DNA from: Nemertoderma westbladi | Taxonomy: Eukaryota > Animalia > Xenacoelomorpha | Length of the DNA stretch: 53,347 bases | Direction: 5' to 3' | Assembly (NCBI GenBank): GCA_032718475.1 | Contig: JAUCBJ010002816.1 | Location: 1 to 53,347 of the forward strand | In this document: positions 1-12,403 of the stretch, piece after piece | Numbering within the stretch: the stretch's first letter is position 1 | Layout of the letters: every line of letters starts with the position of its first letter | Translations under genes and position numbers: made by a program | The notes under the pieces: model-generated | Seen by the model: the letters and a program-made list of their open reading frames with translations, nothing else | Database searches by the model: none | Told to the model about the DNA's origin: nothing

Positions 1-212
1 CTCGTCATCCCCCTACTATTCTCTGTCGTTGGGTGCTGCGGTTCACCTAACTTGCCCTGCGCATTATCTGCTGACGCCTGTAGGACATTGTCTGCCCCCC
101 CCCCCCCCCACCCCCCCCCCTCTCGCCACTAATCTCTCGTGGTGGGGCGCCTGTAGCCCCCCCCCCCCCCCCCCACTCGCCATTACTTACTTCACTATCT
201 CTTACTTCACTT

Positions 213-2083
213 CTACGCCCCTCTTGTGGGGCATTCTCTGCCCCCCCCCCCCCCCCCCCCCCCCCACTCGCCACTCCTTACTTCACTACCTCTTACTTCG
301 CTTCTACACCCCTCTCTAGTCGACGCACTATCTCTACTGCGGCTGGGTCTACTTACCCCCGCCTCTCCCTGTGCAACTGCGTGGCCTGGCAGGCTCACGT
401 CGGGTTGACTCACCCCCGCTGCTCCTTGCCTAACTACGTGGCCTTGCAGGCTCCCGTCGGGGTCTCTCACCCCCGCTACTCCCTGCGTACTAACTACGTG
501 GCCTTGCAGGCTCCCGTTGGCCAGACCACCTGTATCTCCTATATCAGTATTAATAGCCCCGTTATCAATATTATTATTTTCTAAATTATTCAAATTATTT
601 GAATTATTCTGTATATTTAAATTTAAATTATTATTCGAATTATTTTGAATATTTGAATTAGAATTATTTTGTACATTTAAATTAATATTAATATTTGGAT
701 TATTTGTATTTAAATTTAAATTACCGGGTAAAGGGTTATTTCCTGCAATGAAAGTTTGGTTAGGGTTGTCTACTACGGTACTATTAATATTAATTTCTTC
801 TAACGTATTATTATTACCCCCGCCCGTATGGTTACACCAGATCTGGTTCTGTCGTCCGGTGCCTGTAAGTGGGGTATTAACAAACGTTTCCATAACTTCT
901 GGCTCCTCGTAAATACTACCCGAGCCAGCCTCACTCTCTGATAGTCCCAACTGCGCCAGTTCTAGTCGGTGCTTCTGCTTGGCCTGATATTGCATAAGTG
1001 CCCTCAACCGGGCATGCATATCATCCCGGATGCGCTTTCCCGCTCTCTCTCTCTCTCTCTATCCTCTCGTAAACTTTGGTCGGCCAACTCTGCCTCCCTC
1101 GTCTCCCGCTCTCTACTCTCGTTCTCTACTTATGCCTATCGCTCTCTATGCTCGTTCTCTACTCTCTCTGCCCTCTCTTTATTCTTTCTCGCCAACTCTC
1201 TCTCTCTTTCTAATAACGCAGTTCCCTCATCCAAGTGCCTCTCTAATTCTTTCTGGTCTAGCGCCGCAATGTCTAGTTGACATGCCAGATCTATCTCTAA
1301 CACCGTTCTTGCTTTCGCGGAGGATGTAGCGGACTTATCGGTCACGACGGACTCCCGTCGCCTCTCTGTCCTACTAATTTTCCCCCGCGTTCTGGGGTTC
1401 TCGCTAACCGACGAGACCGAATCCTTGGGGTTAACCTCGGGTTCGCCCTCGTGCGGATCTGCCCAACCCACTAACTTAATTCCCCTAGCATCCACTAAAT
1501 ACAGCCCTACGTACACCACTTCAGGCTCCATAACCCTGGATCGCCACAGTTCGAATAGTTCGGTGGCGACCCCCCTCGCTCTCTCACTCGCCAGTTCTCC
1601 CTGCCCGAAACGGACTAGATATCTGAAATGTATATTCGACTCACCTAGCCGCAGGCTCAACTTCCCCTGGTTTACCTTCTCTCCCTCTTTGGCTTCCCTC
1701 AATAGTTTATTGGTGGCATTGTAGGCCCGTCGAAGCCGATCGCTGGTCCCGACGTCCTCTTCGCCGACATCTCCTCCTCCTCTCCTGGTTCGGCGTAGTA
1801 CCGGCGGCCCCACCGTCACCGTTCCGGTGGGCCATCCGTCGCCCTCGGCCTGTGGCTGGCCGGCGACTTCGGTACCTCGACCGCCGCCGTGCGTCGACTC
1901 GTCCCTTCCTTGTGATAGACGGCCGCCCTCCGCTTGGGCTGCCGGATCGTCTCTCGTCGACGAATCCGGCGTCGCAGGTCGGTACCATCGCGTCGCGGCC
2001 TCGTGGATCGTTTGGTTGGTATCGTCCGGGGTCTGCGGCGGTGTCCTCTCTCCCTCCGACAATCGTGGTTGTCCTGTGCTCAT
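213..2083 (-). pseudogene. gag: BEL/Pao gag N-terminal region with in-frame stops (~1130-1138) and a frameshift near the (CT)n tract at ~1045-1060
   Basis: ORFs 1136-2083 and 213-1019; coiled coil, Asn-rich tract and three 57-60 bp repeats (GSLQGHVV...) at ~350-525. Confidence 0.65.
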
Positions 2084-2126
2084 CTTGTCTGGCAGTCACA
2101 GTTTCGTGGTAGCTGGTATCTTTCAC

Positions 2127-2744
2127 TGTGACGGGATCAAGGGATCCCGACCGGTTTGTTAGACTACGCGTCACCGTGTGGTATTGAAATAAAATGGAAA
2201 TGGCAGTTTGTTGTTATCGCTTTGATATTCGTTGGTTACCATCAATAAATGAATAACAGATAATAGCACAGTTGATAGATTGAATTGACAATAGCAGTAT
2301 ACCGGTAGGTAGGATATATAATATGTAATGACGGTGACGGTGAAAGATGTCACCTGTCTGCACTCAAACTAATGACTGGAATAACTGAACTGACACCTGA
2401 ATGCATTGACAATATATGTAATCATTTCTACATTACCGTGGCCTTTGTCCAGTGGATGCTTTCCCCCGCTCCTATTGGTTGATAACCTACTTCACGCCTC
2501 TCACCTCTGTGGGAGTGCTCCCCCCCCCCCCCCTGTTGGCCCTTGTTGGTTATTTTTCCCTCTCGAGGTGGTTTGACCTCAAACCTCCCTTCGTGTGGCT
2601 TTCCCCGTTATTGGGTGTGATACGAGATTGGTTGTTATCAATCTCGTATCTCCAATATTGCGGGTCTCGTATCTCCAATATTGCTGAAAAGGTGCCACTT
2701 CCCAACTTTGTGAGGGTAATGGAGCGGAATTTAATCCGCTCACA
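2127..2744 (-). repeat. 5' LTR of element 1 (618 bp)
   Basis: Inverted termini TGTGA...TCACA; sharp junction with the satellite at 2745; TATA-like sequence (~2411-2418) about 30 nt before TCAGTT initiator-like motifs (~2383-2393) on the minus strand. The partner LTR is outside the window. Confidence 0.7.
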
Positions 2745-5518
2745 ATGTATGAGAAACACTCGCTCGTCAACTGAAACACACAGTATCTAACGTATGAGAA
2801 ACACTCGCTTGTCCACTGAAACACACAGGCTATAATGAATGAGAAACACTCGCTCGTCAACTGAAACACACAGACTCTAATGTATGAGAAACACTCGCTC
2901 GTCAACTGAAACACACAGACTCTAACGTATGAGAAACACTCACTCGTCCACTGAAACACACAGACTATAATGAATGAGAAACACTCGCTCGGCAACTGAA
3001 ACACACACACTCTAATGTATGAGAAACACTCGCTCGTCCACTGAAACACACAGACTATAATGAATGAGAAACACTCGCTCGTCAACTGAAACACACAGAC
3101 TATAATGAATGAGAAACACTCGCTCATCAACTGAAACACACAGACTCTAACGTATGAGAAACACTCGCTCGTCCACTGAATCACACAGACTATAATGAAT
3201 GAGAAACACTCGCTCGTCAACTGAAACACACAGACTCTAATTTATGAGAAACACTAGCTCGTCAACTGAAACACACAAACTCTAACGTATGAGAAACACT
3301 CGCTCGTCCACTGAAACACACAGACTGTAATGAATGAGAAACACTCGCTCGTCAACTGAAACACACAGACTCTAATGTATGAGAAACACTCGCTCGTCAA
3401 CTGAAACACATAGACTCTATTGTATGAGAAACACTCGCTCGTCAACTGAAACACATAGACTCTAATGTATGAGAAACACTCGCTCGTCAACTGAAACACA
3501 CACACTCTAATGAATGAGAAACACTCGCTCGTCAACTGAAACACAGACTCTAACGTATGAGAAACACTCGTTCGTCAACTGAAACACACAGACTCTTATG
3601 AATGAGAAACACTCGCTCGTCAACTGAAACACACAGACTCTAATGTATGAGAAACACTCGCTCGTCAACTGAAACACACAGCCTCTAATGAATGAGAAAC
3701 ACTCGCTCGTCAACTGAAACACACAGACTATAATTTATGAGAAACACTCGCTCGTCAACTGAAACACAGAATCTAATGTATGAGAAACACTCGCTCGTCA
3801 ACTGAAACACAGACTCTAACGTATGAGAAACACTCGCTCGTCAACTGAAACACAGACTCTAATGTGTGAGAAACACTCGCTCGTCAACTGAAACACAGAC
3901 TCTAATGTATGAGAAACACTGGCTCGTCAATTGAAACACACAGACTCTAATGAATGAGAAACACTCGCTCGTCAACTGAAGCACACAGACTCTAATGAAT
4001 TAGAAACACTCGCTCGTCAACTGAAACACAGACTCTAACGTATGAGAAACACTCTCATACACTATAATTTATGAGAAACACTCGCTCGTCAACTGAAACA
4101 CAGAATCTAATGTATGAGAAACACTCGCTCGTCAACTGAAACACAGACTCTAACGTATGAGAAACACTCGCTCGTCAACTGAAACACAGACTCTAATGTA
4201 TGAGAAACACTCGCTCGTCAACTGAAACACAGACTCTAATGTATGAGAAACACTGGCTCGTCAATTGAAACACACAGACTCTAATGAATGAGAAACACTC
4301 GCTCGTCAACTGAAGCACACAGACTCTAATGAATGAGAAACACTCGCTCGTCAACTGAAACACAGACTCTAACGTATGAGAAACACTCGCTCGTCAACTG
4401 AAACACACAGTCTCTAATGTATGAGAAACACTCGCTCGTCAACTGAAACACACAGAAACACTCGCTCGTCAACTGAAACACAGACTCTAGTGTATGAGAA
4501 ATACTCGCTCGTCAACTGAAACACACAGTCTCTTATATATGAGAAACACTCGCTCATAAACTGAAACAAACAGACTCTAATGTATGAGAAACACTTGCTC
4601 GTCAACTGAAACACACAGACTCTAACGTATGAGAAAAACTCGCTCGTCAACTGAAACACAGACTCTAATGTATAAGAAACACCCGCTCGTCAACTGAAAC
4701 ACAGACTCTAACGTATGAGAAACACTCGATCGTTAACTGAAACACAGACTCTAATGTATGAGAAACACTCGCTCGTCAACTGAAATACATAGACTCTAAT
4801 GTATGAGAAACACTCACTCGTCAACTGAAACACACAGACTCTAATGTATGAGAAACACTCGCTCATCAACTGAAACACTGACTCTAACGTATGAAAAACC
4901 CTCGCTCGTCAACTGAAACACAGACTCTAATGTATGAGAAACACTCGCTCGTCAACTGAAACACAGACTCTAACGTATGAGAAACACTCGCTCGTAAACT
5001 GAAACACAGACTCTAATGTATGAGAAACACTCGCTCGTCAACTGAAACACACAGTCTCTAATGTATGAAAAACACTCGCTCGTCAACCGAAACACACAGA
5101 CTCTAACGTATGAGAAACACTCGCTCGTCAACTGAAAAACACAGACACATACAGACTGTAATGTATGAGAAACACTCGCTCGTCAACTGAAACACAGACT
5201 CTAACCTATGAGAAACACTCGCTCTTCAACTGAAACACACAGACTCTAATGTATGAGAAACACTCGCTCGTCAACTGAAACACAGACACTAACGTATGAG
5301 AAACACTCGCTCGTCAACTGAAACACACAGACTCTAATGTATGAGAAACACTCGCTCTTCAACTGAAACACAGACTCTAACGTATGAGAAAAACCCGCTC
5401 GTCAACTGAAACACAGTCTCTAATGTATGAGAAACACTCGCTCGTCAACTGAAACACAAAGACTCTATTGTATGAGAAACACTCGCTCGTCAACTGAAAG
5501 ACACAGTCTTTAATGTAT
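2745..5518. repeat. 45/43-bp tandem satellite, about 60 copies
   Basis: Unit GAGAAACACTCGCTCGTCAACTGAAACACACAGACTCTAATGTAT, with 43-bp variants lacking one CA. Confidence 0.97.
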
Positions 5519-5731
5519 AGACATGTAGATATTGATGATTAAATGGTCGTATTAGTTGAACTTTGTCGTTGCATCATGTTTCACGCCATATGCTTCTGCA
5601 AATTGCCGGATTATTTTTACTGGAAGATGTTCTTTTATGTTCTTAATAAGTTTCCGTTATCCGATTGAAATGATTATATATAATGTTTTTAATTGTTTTT
5701 ATCACAATATTATATTCACATTAAAACTAAC

Positions 5732-5971
5732 CTGGGCAAACGAGATTAGAAGTCTCTAATTGCATCTCCATACAATGTCCACACATTCGATGCCCACACG
5801 TGAGTATCTGTACAGGATAACGCAGTACATTGTCGCACTTGGGACAAATGTACTTGCTGTCAAGCGGACGATCGAAACACAAGTCGTACCCTTTGAATTT
5901 GTATCGTGGAAATAGGTAATCTATGGCTGGGGAAGTCGTTGTACCCCAAGGAGCCCACGATTGACTAGAAC
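5732..5971 (-). CDS. Internal coding exon encoding a TRAF-family (TRAF6-like) RING finger
   Basis: Polypyrimidine acceptor CTCCTTCTTATAG, donor G|GTTAGT, 240 nt, phase 1-1, no stops: ...KGYDLCFDRPLDSKYICPKCDNVLRYPVQILTCGHRMCGHCMEMQLETSNLVCP, matching the TRAF GYD..F..PL.SKY.CP.C...LR..VQ..CGHR.C..C pattern. Confidence 0.8.
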
Positions 5972-6063
5972 CTATAAGAAGGAGGGGGGGGGGGGGGGGT
6001 CATCTTAATTCGCCGAGATGGGATATAAGTCTCCACCCCTACCTATGGGTAACCAGGGCAGGA

Positions 6064-6609
6064 GTAATGTAATGAAATGTAATGTAATGTAATGTAATGT
6101 AACGTAACGTAACGTAACGTAACGCAACGCAACGCAACGCAACGTAACGTAACGTAACGTAACGTAACGTAACGTAACGTAAAGTAACGTAACGCAACGC
6201 AACGCAACGCAACGTAACGTAACGTAACGTAACGTAACGTAACGTAACGTAACGCAACGCAACGTAACGTAACGTATCGTAACGTAACGTAACGTAACGC
6301 AACGCAACGCAACGTAACGTGACGTAACGTAACGTAACGTAACGCAACGTAACGTAACGTAACGTAACGTAACGTAACGTAACGTAACGTAACGTAACGT
6401 AACGTAACGTAACGTAATGTAACGTAACGTAACGTAACGTAACGTAACGTAACGTAACGTAACGTAACGTAACGTAACGTAACGTAACGTAACGTAACGT
6501 AACGTAATGTAATGCAATGTAATGTAATGTAATGTAATGTAATGTAATGTAATGTAATGTAATGTAATGTAATGTAATGTAATGTAATGTAATGTAATGT
6601 AATGTAATG
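6064..6609. repeat. Compound pentanucleotide microsatellite (TAATG)n/(TAACG)n/(CAACG)n, left part
   Basis: Read directly; interrupted at 6610 by the LTR. Confidence 0.98.
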
Positions 6610-8741
6610 TGTTAAACGAACTACCCCGGCCTAACCAATAAAGACACAAAACTGCTCTATTTACTAGATGGGGCAATCAGGAGCGTATAATTACTAATGT
6701 ATGGTTTCAGGTACGGAAAACCACTACTTACCGTTGGATGGCGCTAATCTGCCGTCCGCTAATATATTTTACTTAATTTATACGACTCCTTCTAAATTCT
6801 CGTTCCTTTCTCTACCAATTACTCGATAGAGAGCTAACTGTTCGAATATATGAGCCACGCGGGAATAACCAAAAAATAAACCCGAATCGGCTCCCTAAGC
6901 TGACTTAAAACGAGTGTGAGAGATTTTACACTCAGAGTGTATTCTATAGCCTAATATTACTGTAAATTTGCGCTTACAACTACGTCCTTTCTAATCGCAT
7001 CTAATCGCAATACTGGGGTTCCCTAACGGAATGTGTGAATGTGAGAATATTTAAATAATCGAAAATCGGTACGGCAATTATTTCGGGACTCAAACTTATC
7101 TGCGGCTGGCTTTAGGCCAACAATTTACTGATGCGCGTTGCGTACTGTACTACGATGTGAATTTTGTCCACTAATTCAAATAACCGCCCAGCGTGAATAG
7201 TGTACGGTACTCTAAAATTATTACCTTAACTACCCTCCGCTATGCAGCGTACAAATTCTTAATTTTACTAATTAATTTCAGTCACAAATATGTAACGGCG
7301 TACTAAATACTAAGTATTCCAGAATGCGCAATTCTAAATTATTACGCAACGGGTCACACTAGCAACAGCCTAAGATACCGTATTATTTTCGACCTAATCA
7401 GAAATTAATTACAGTAAGCTAAGAAATAGAAATCAATCAAAGGGAAAGAGCGCCTATCCAAGCATTCGTGATTCATTAGGCACACTTTAGTAACGCACCA
7501 ATCAGCATAACAACAATCGCAATCTACAGTTTAGCTAGCAATTCACAACTCGCAATTCGCAACGTAAAGGACGCAGATCTCTCCCGGCTACGTCTAGGCT
7601 TCCTAACAAACCCAATTCCTGTCCCCCTAATACTACAAAAGAGAGACAAAACCTGGATCATCAGCCCCTAATTACTGAACCGGCGTACCTGACCCACTCT
7701 ACGCTGCAAACTTGCGCGCGCAATAGTAATCCCCCCAATGTTACTTGTCTTTGAATCCTCCGCACTCCCGTCGTCGCTAACCCCCCGATGCGCCCGCCGC
7801 GCTTACCGGTACCCTAGCCCTCCATCAGAATGAGTAGCTACCGTAGCGGCACATGCAAATCACAAAAGTCTGACAGTCTGAGAAATCCCGTAGGATTATT
7901 GTCGAAAGGAATCACATAGAACCATTTACTAAAGGGTAGAAATCATAGTTCCAACTTGTAATTAACAGCGATCATTGAGATTGATTGAGAAACACAAACA
8001 AGAATCAAACAGAAATTGCAAATTAGCGAATCATTGCAAGAAAATCAAAAGGGCAGTAATTTACACAGAAAAACTAAGCATCGAATAATAGTTGAAGGTG
8101 AGCTGTGTGGGGTGTGTGACTAAGCAGAATGTGAGATAGGTAACAATGGAAGTAGACCAATTTATAGGTGATTTGAGAAGGGTGATGCAATCGATCTCTC
8201 ATTGGCTCCCCAATCCGAGCTAACATCAGACCAACCTGGAAGCAGTTAGGCCAATAAGAGAGCCGGATTGTGGGCCTATAGCTCCCTGAAATCGTAAATT
8301 GCCACCATATAAGGTAATTTTCCCGATGCTTAATTTGGCGGTACTAATAATATCATGCACAAATATAAATTTAGCGCAATTATAGAGAAATTAAAACCAA
8401 TAGCTAGCCTCATCAAGGCTAATAACGGCAAGCCCAGATCCAGGGTCCAACAAGGACTTGCTACCCTGGAACTATCTACTTATATCCTATTAAAAAACTA
8501 CATAGGTAGGGCTACATACTATACAAAATGGATGAGTTCAAAATATATGGGCGTTTCAACTTCCTTATCTAAATATCATTGCGCGTTATGCCTTATCTAA
8601 ATAATTATACTGCATCACGGACTAATATATGATACTATATAATGGACTAATATATTATACTGTATAATGGACTAACATTATTATACTGTATAACGGACTA
8701 ATATATTACGTAATGTAGGTACAGCGCCATATACCGTAACA
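6610..8741 (-). repeat. 3' LTR (2132 bp)
   Basis: Near-identical to 22523-24431 (about 20 substitutions by eye); internal ~27-bp tandem repeats at ~8615-8710. Confidence 0.97.
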
Positions 8742-8752
8742 CCGCTCCAAGG
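8742..8752 (-). other. Weak polypurine-tract position (CCTTGGAGCGG|TGTTAC)
   Basis: Short G-rich stretch abutting the 3' LTR on the minus strand. Confidence 0.45.
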
Positions 8753-9244
8753 GAAATCATGCAATGTTTCCCTCCAATTGTAGAAGAGTGTAAGGCGATG
8801 TATACAAAATAAAATAACTCTCCTTCAAATAATCTAAATATCTTGATACTATACTATTTACAAATATTGCTATAGATATTGCATAATGAATTACATACAA
8901 ATTAAATTTACAAATATTATCTCTCTCAATGTTAACGATTATTACATACAAATTAAATTTACAAAAATACTGTTTCTCATTCGTTCTACATAATGATTAC
9001 TACATACAAATTAAATTTACAAAATACTTTCGAATTATAAAAATTTTGCTAGGGTAGGTGAAAGGAGTAAGCCAAACCCGCATGTTTGTCTCCCCAATCA
9101 CCTCCTTCGCCTCTCTCATAATATAAATCCAAATCAGTGCGACTAGTGTATATGAGTCAAGTCGGATATTTACAAATGCTACAATATACATCAGAGCGAC
9201 GATGATGTATATATCTAGAGTCTGTCGCCCCGTGATATGATGCA

Positions 9245-12200
9245 TTACTGACCCGCTCCTGGGTTCTTCGGGCTCGCTCCTCTCTTTCGCCCCCTACCCA
9301 GATACACCAATCGTCCTCCAGTTGACTCTGTTGACGTGGTCCATAAGGCGTCACTCCCCGGAACCGGCGACGATGTTCCCTGAGCTCTGACAGATTCCCG
9401 GCTAGTGCTTCGTCCTCGGCCTCGTCCCAATTGTCGTGCTCCTGTGGTCGCTTCCGCCAACTCTTCCTTTTGCAATTGCACGCGCGCCTTCTCCGACGCA
9501 CCCTGCGCCTTGCGCTACAATCGCTGAGCCTCTATAATCGAGTGATAGTGGTCGTCCTTGATTTGACGCTTGTCTTGGACCTCTCCTCCTGGTTCCTTCC
9601 GTGAGCCTTGAGCTCCAACGGTCGTCGTTGTGGGCGCTGCGGTTCGCTGTTCCTCGATCCTTTGAGCGGTCAATGACCCCACTGGTACGTGAGTCAACAG
9701 GAATTCGTTGCGGTATTGAATAGCCGCCATCCTCCAATCTCCTCGCGCGTGCACCACTTTCATAGTTTCCGAAAACAAACCCTTTGTAATACGGTCGCAA
9801 ATAGCAACAAAGTTCCAAGTGTACTTGTTGTCCATATTTAGTTGTCTGAAGTATTCCCGAACGACTATGACTCCAGTGTTCTGTGGAAGATCTTGAGCAG
9901 TTAGGATGAGCTCCTGATATTGTGGTAGCGACTGTAGATATGGTTCGTACGCAACATGTGACGGGTCTACCGCCCAAAGTCCATATCCCGCCTTAAATGG
10001 TAACCAACGCATCTGCGCTTGAATGTGGTAGTCAGCCACACTCTCCCACTTATCTAGCATCTCCCGAAGTAGGTTAGCGCTATGGTTCTGGAAGGAATCG
10101 TCTCGCAGTTGGCATCTCGCGCTACGATGTCCCTTTACTCCACAATATCCACATTGAGAAATGAAAACGGTGCACGTATGAAACGAATGGTCGGTCTCAT
10201 TGCACCAACGGCAGACCTTATGCGCCGCCTCCACTACAGTGTCGCACGATTTTTGATTGTGCCTTGTGCTGCCGCACAACTTGCACCTACGCGCTTGTGG
10301 AAACCAGGCCCTCTCGTATATGAGGTCTCCAATCGGTTTCGCACTTCCTTCTTTCCCAATGTCTAATACGATGTTGTCCTCTCCAGTTAAAGGTTGTCGA
10401 TCCGGAACAAAGTAAACATCCTCGCCCTTGTCCTCTATCTCCAATATTTCCTCCCGCGTTCGTTCAATAGCAAAATAAATAATAAAAATAAAATCGATAG
10501 CAAAATGTGCTATGAAGCCCATACCAGTCTTGGCAGAGTTGGGATACTCCCTATAAATTCCCATGTCTTGTGCCCATAGCAACAATAGCTTGGTGTCGAC
10601 AAACGGTCTCGGCAATCTATCTTCTAAATCAGTCATGGCGTTGAAGTCACTCTCCAAATCACTCTGGACTCCCGATCCCACCTTGACGTAATCTTGGCTA
10701 AGAATCGCCTCTCTAACCTTCTTGGGTAGCATCCTGGTGTCGATACGCTCCGCTCCGTGCATACCTCCTCGCCTGCATACCTCCAAAATCTGTTCCCTAG
10801 GATCCTTCCCCTTCCGATAATGTGTCGTGATTATGGGCTCCGGTCTCTCTCTATCTGCCCTTACGCGCATAAACACATGAGTCACACCATCGGTCGCGCG
10901 AATTTGAATGCACTTACTAGTCAAGCATTCCTGATGAGACCCTCCTTCATTGTCGTAAAACATCACTCTCCAATCTTGTAGTGATTCCTCCATTTTCCTC
11001 CACTGACGCTGAATCTCGTCGGATGGGGTCCACATGATCGATAGCCTTGTGGTCGTCATATCGGGTGTAAGATCCCTTTCTCCTCAGCCACACCTGGTCT
11101 ACCTCCTCGTCATCTGGGAATGTAACCACCGCGACCCATACCTTGATGTACTTTTCTAACCATCCAAATAACTTGCTCTCTTTTCCCGGAGCTCCAATCT
11201 TATCCAATGTGTCGTAGTCTGTGATCTGCATCGGGACATCACGCAAGAACTTCGCGCATAAAACGTCCCATAGACAGTCGACGTTCCAATGATCCGACAT
11301 CCTCACCATCGGCAAGAATCTAATCGCTTCTCGCGACTCCGGGTGATCTACCAATATCGCAGGTTCGCTACCGTCGGAATAATACACCGGTCGGGGTTGA
11401 GATACGGCCTGTGGAACAAATCCGGTCACTCTCCTCGTCTCCTCTTGATGTCTATCCGCGGTCTTATTATATTCCGCTATCCGCGCTTCGAATAATTGTT
11501 TCGCCTTCGCCGCTCGCTCCTCCTGCCGCAACGCGTCTATGTCGTCCTGATGCTCAGGCGTGAGTGTTCTCGCTCGATGAGGCAAAGTAATGTAGTCCAG
11601 GGACTCGAGAGCTCCAAACCCGCAGGTTTGGTACCCGAGTCCCGTGCCGCTTCGCGCCGCGCCTCTAGGTCCTTGTAGGCTCGGTACAGCGAAATGGCCG
11701 CTGCTGTCTCTATCAAACTGGGTGTCGAACAGGGTTTAATCTCCGTATACGGATCTAAAGTCGTAACGGTCGGCGTAATGGGTCTTGGAGGTCGCTTTCC
11801 GCTGAAGTCGATACTGATCATCGGGTTGCTCATTGGGTAACCTCCCTCGTTATATCTAAGGAACTGATGAGCTTGGCATCGCGTTAATATCGGTTCGGGA
11901 TGTTGCTCGTCCAATCGGTCGGGAATCGCCACGTCTTGTTTGTTCATGCATTCACCACATTTGTAGAACAACTTGTATACACTGAAGACCTTCGACGTCT
12001 CTTGATCCTCGCTGCGAGTCCTCCGATACAGATGCATTCCGTCGAACTGATCTCGGACTGCAGGTAGCGGCTCTTCGTGTCGTAAATACATATTCATGTG
12101 GTACAGCCGCGCAATCTCCTCATCCGGGTCTGCGCTAATGTTGCACACGTCTAACGCGAAATCGTAGGGATACCGAGTGCGATACTCTTTCCGCAAAACT

Positions 12201-12403
12201 TCCATATGGTCCCCCAACGCTCTCATTCTTTCCCTCCTTAATTCTTTATCATAAGCGGGTTTATATTTCCCATTTAGCTCCATCACCGACCTCCCGTGGT
12301 AGTAAACATTCGAATCCTTACATCCCGGTCGGGCAAATGGCAGCTCCGCCTCCTCTCTGGCAGTAAATCCTCTCCGCGGTTGCGCTCTAATTTCCTTCTC
12401 CAT
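9245..12403 (-). pseudogene. Accessory ORF3 of element 2: unknown N-terminal region, DEDDy (WRN/RNase D-like) 3'-5' exonuclease and three CCHC knuckles; two probable frameshifts and one in-frame TAG
   Basis: Overlapping ORFs 11537-12403, 10947-11585 and 9515-11059; after TAG (9515-9517) the frame stays open to 9245. Motifs FYDNEG (ExoI), LPKKVREAILSQDYVKVGSGVQSD (ExoII), FVDT, GMGFIA; knuckles CKLC-H-C, CRWC-H-C, CGYC-H-C. Confidence 0.8.

Larger units (their letters stand above)
1..2744 (-). mobile_element. 5' part of a decayed BEL/Pao LTR retrotransposon (element 1), running off the left edge of the window
   Basis: LTR-like block 2127-2744 followed on the minus strand by a gag-like ORF with a BEL-type 'VNPKDSVSSVS' motif and an E/R coiled coil; same layout as the N-terminus of element 2 gag. 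Confidence 0.7.

Noticed and set aside
2726-2747. 13-nt match to the lac operator (ATTGTGAGCGGAT, minus strand)
   Set aside because: It spans the LTR-satellite junction, the second half-site differs and no vector sequence is adjacent
2745-5518. CRISPR-like appearance and repetitive ORFs (CVFQLTSECFS...)
   Set aside because: No unique spacers or cas genes; the ORFs arise because 45 is divisible by 3 and break at 43-bp variants
6005-6676. ORFs of LHYIT/LRYVT repeats (also 24371-24859)
   Set aside because: Translations of the pentanucleotide microsatellite
8355-8600. 81-aa plus-strand ORF in the LTR
   Set aside because: Short, no motifs, and truncated in the other LTR
9245-12403. ORF3 as an envelope gene
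   Set aside because: No signal peptide or fusion-protein features; it has nuclease and zinc-knuckle motifs
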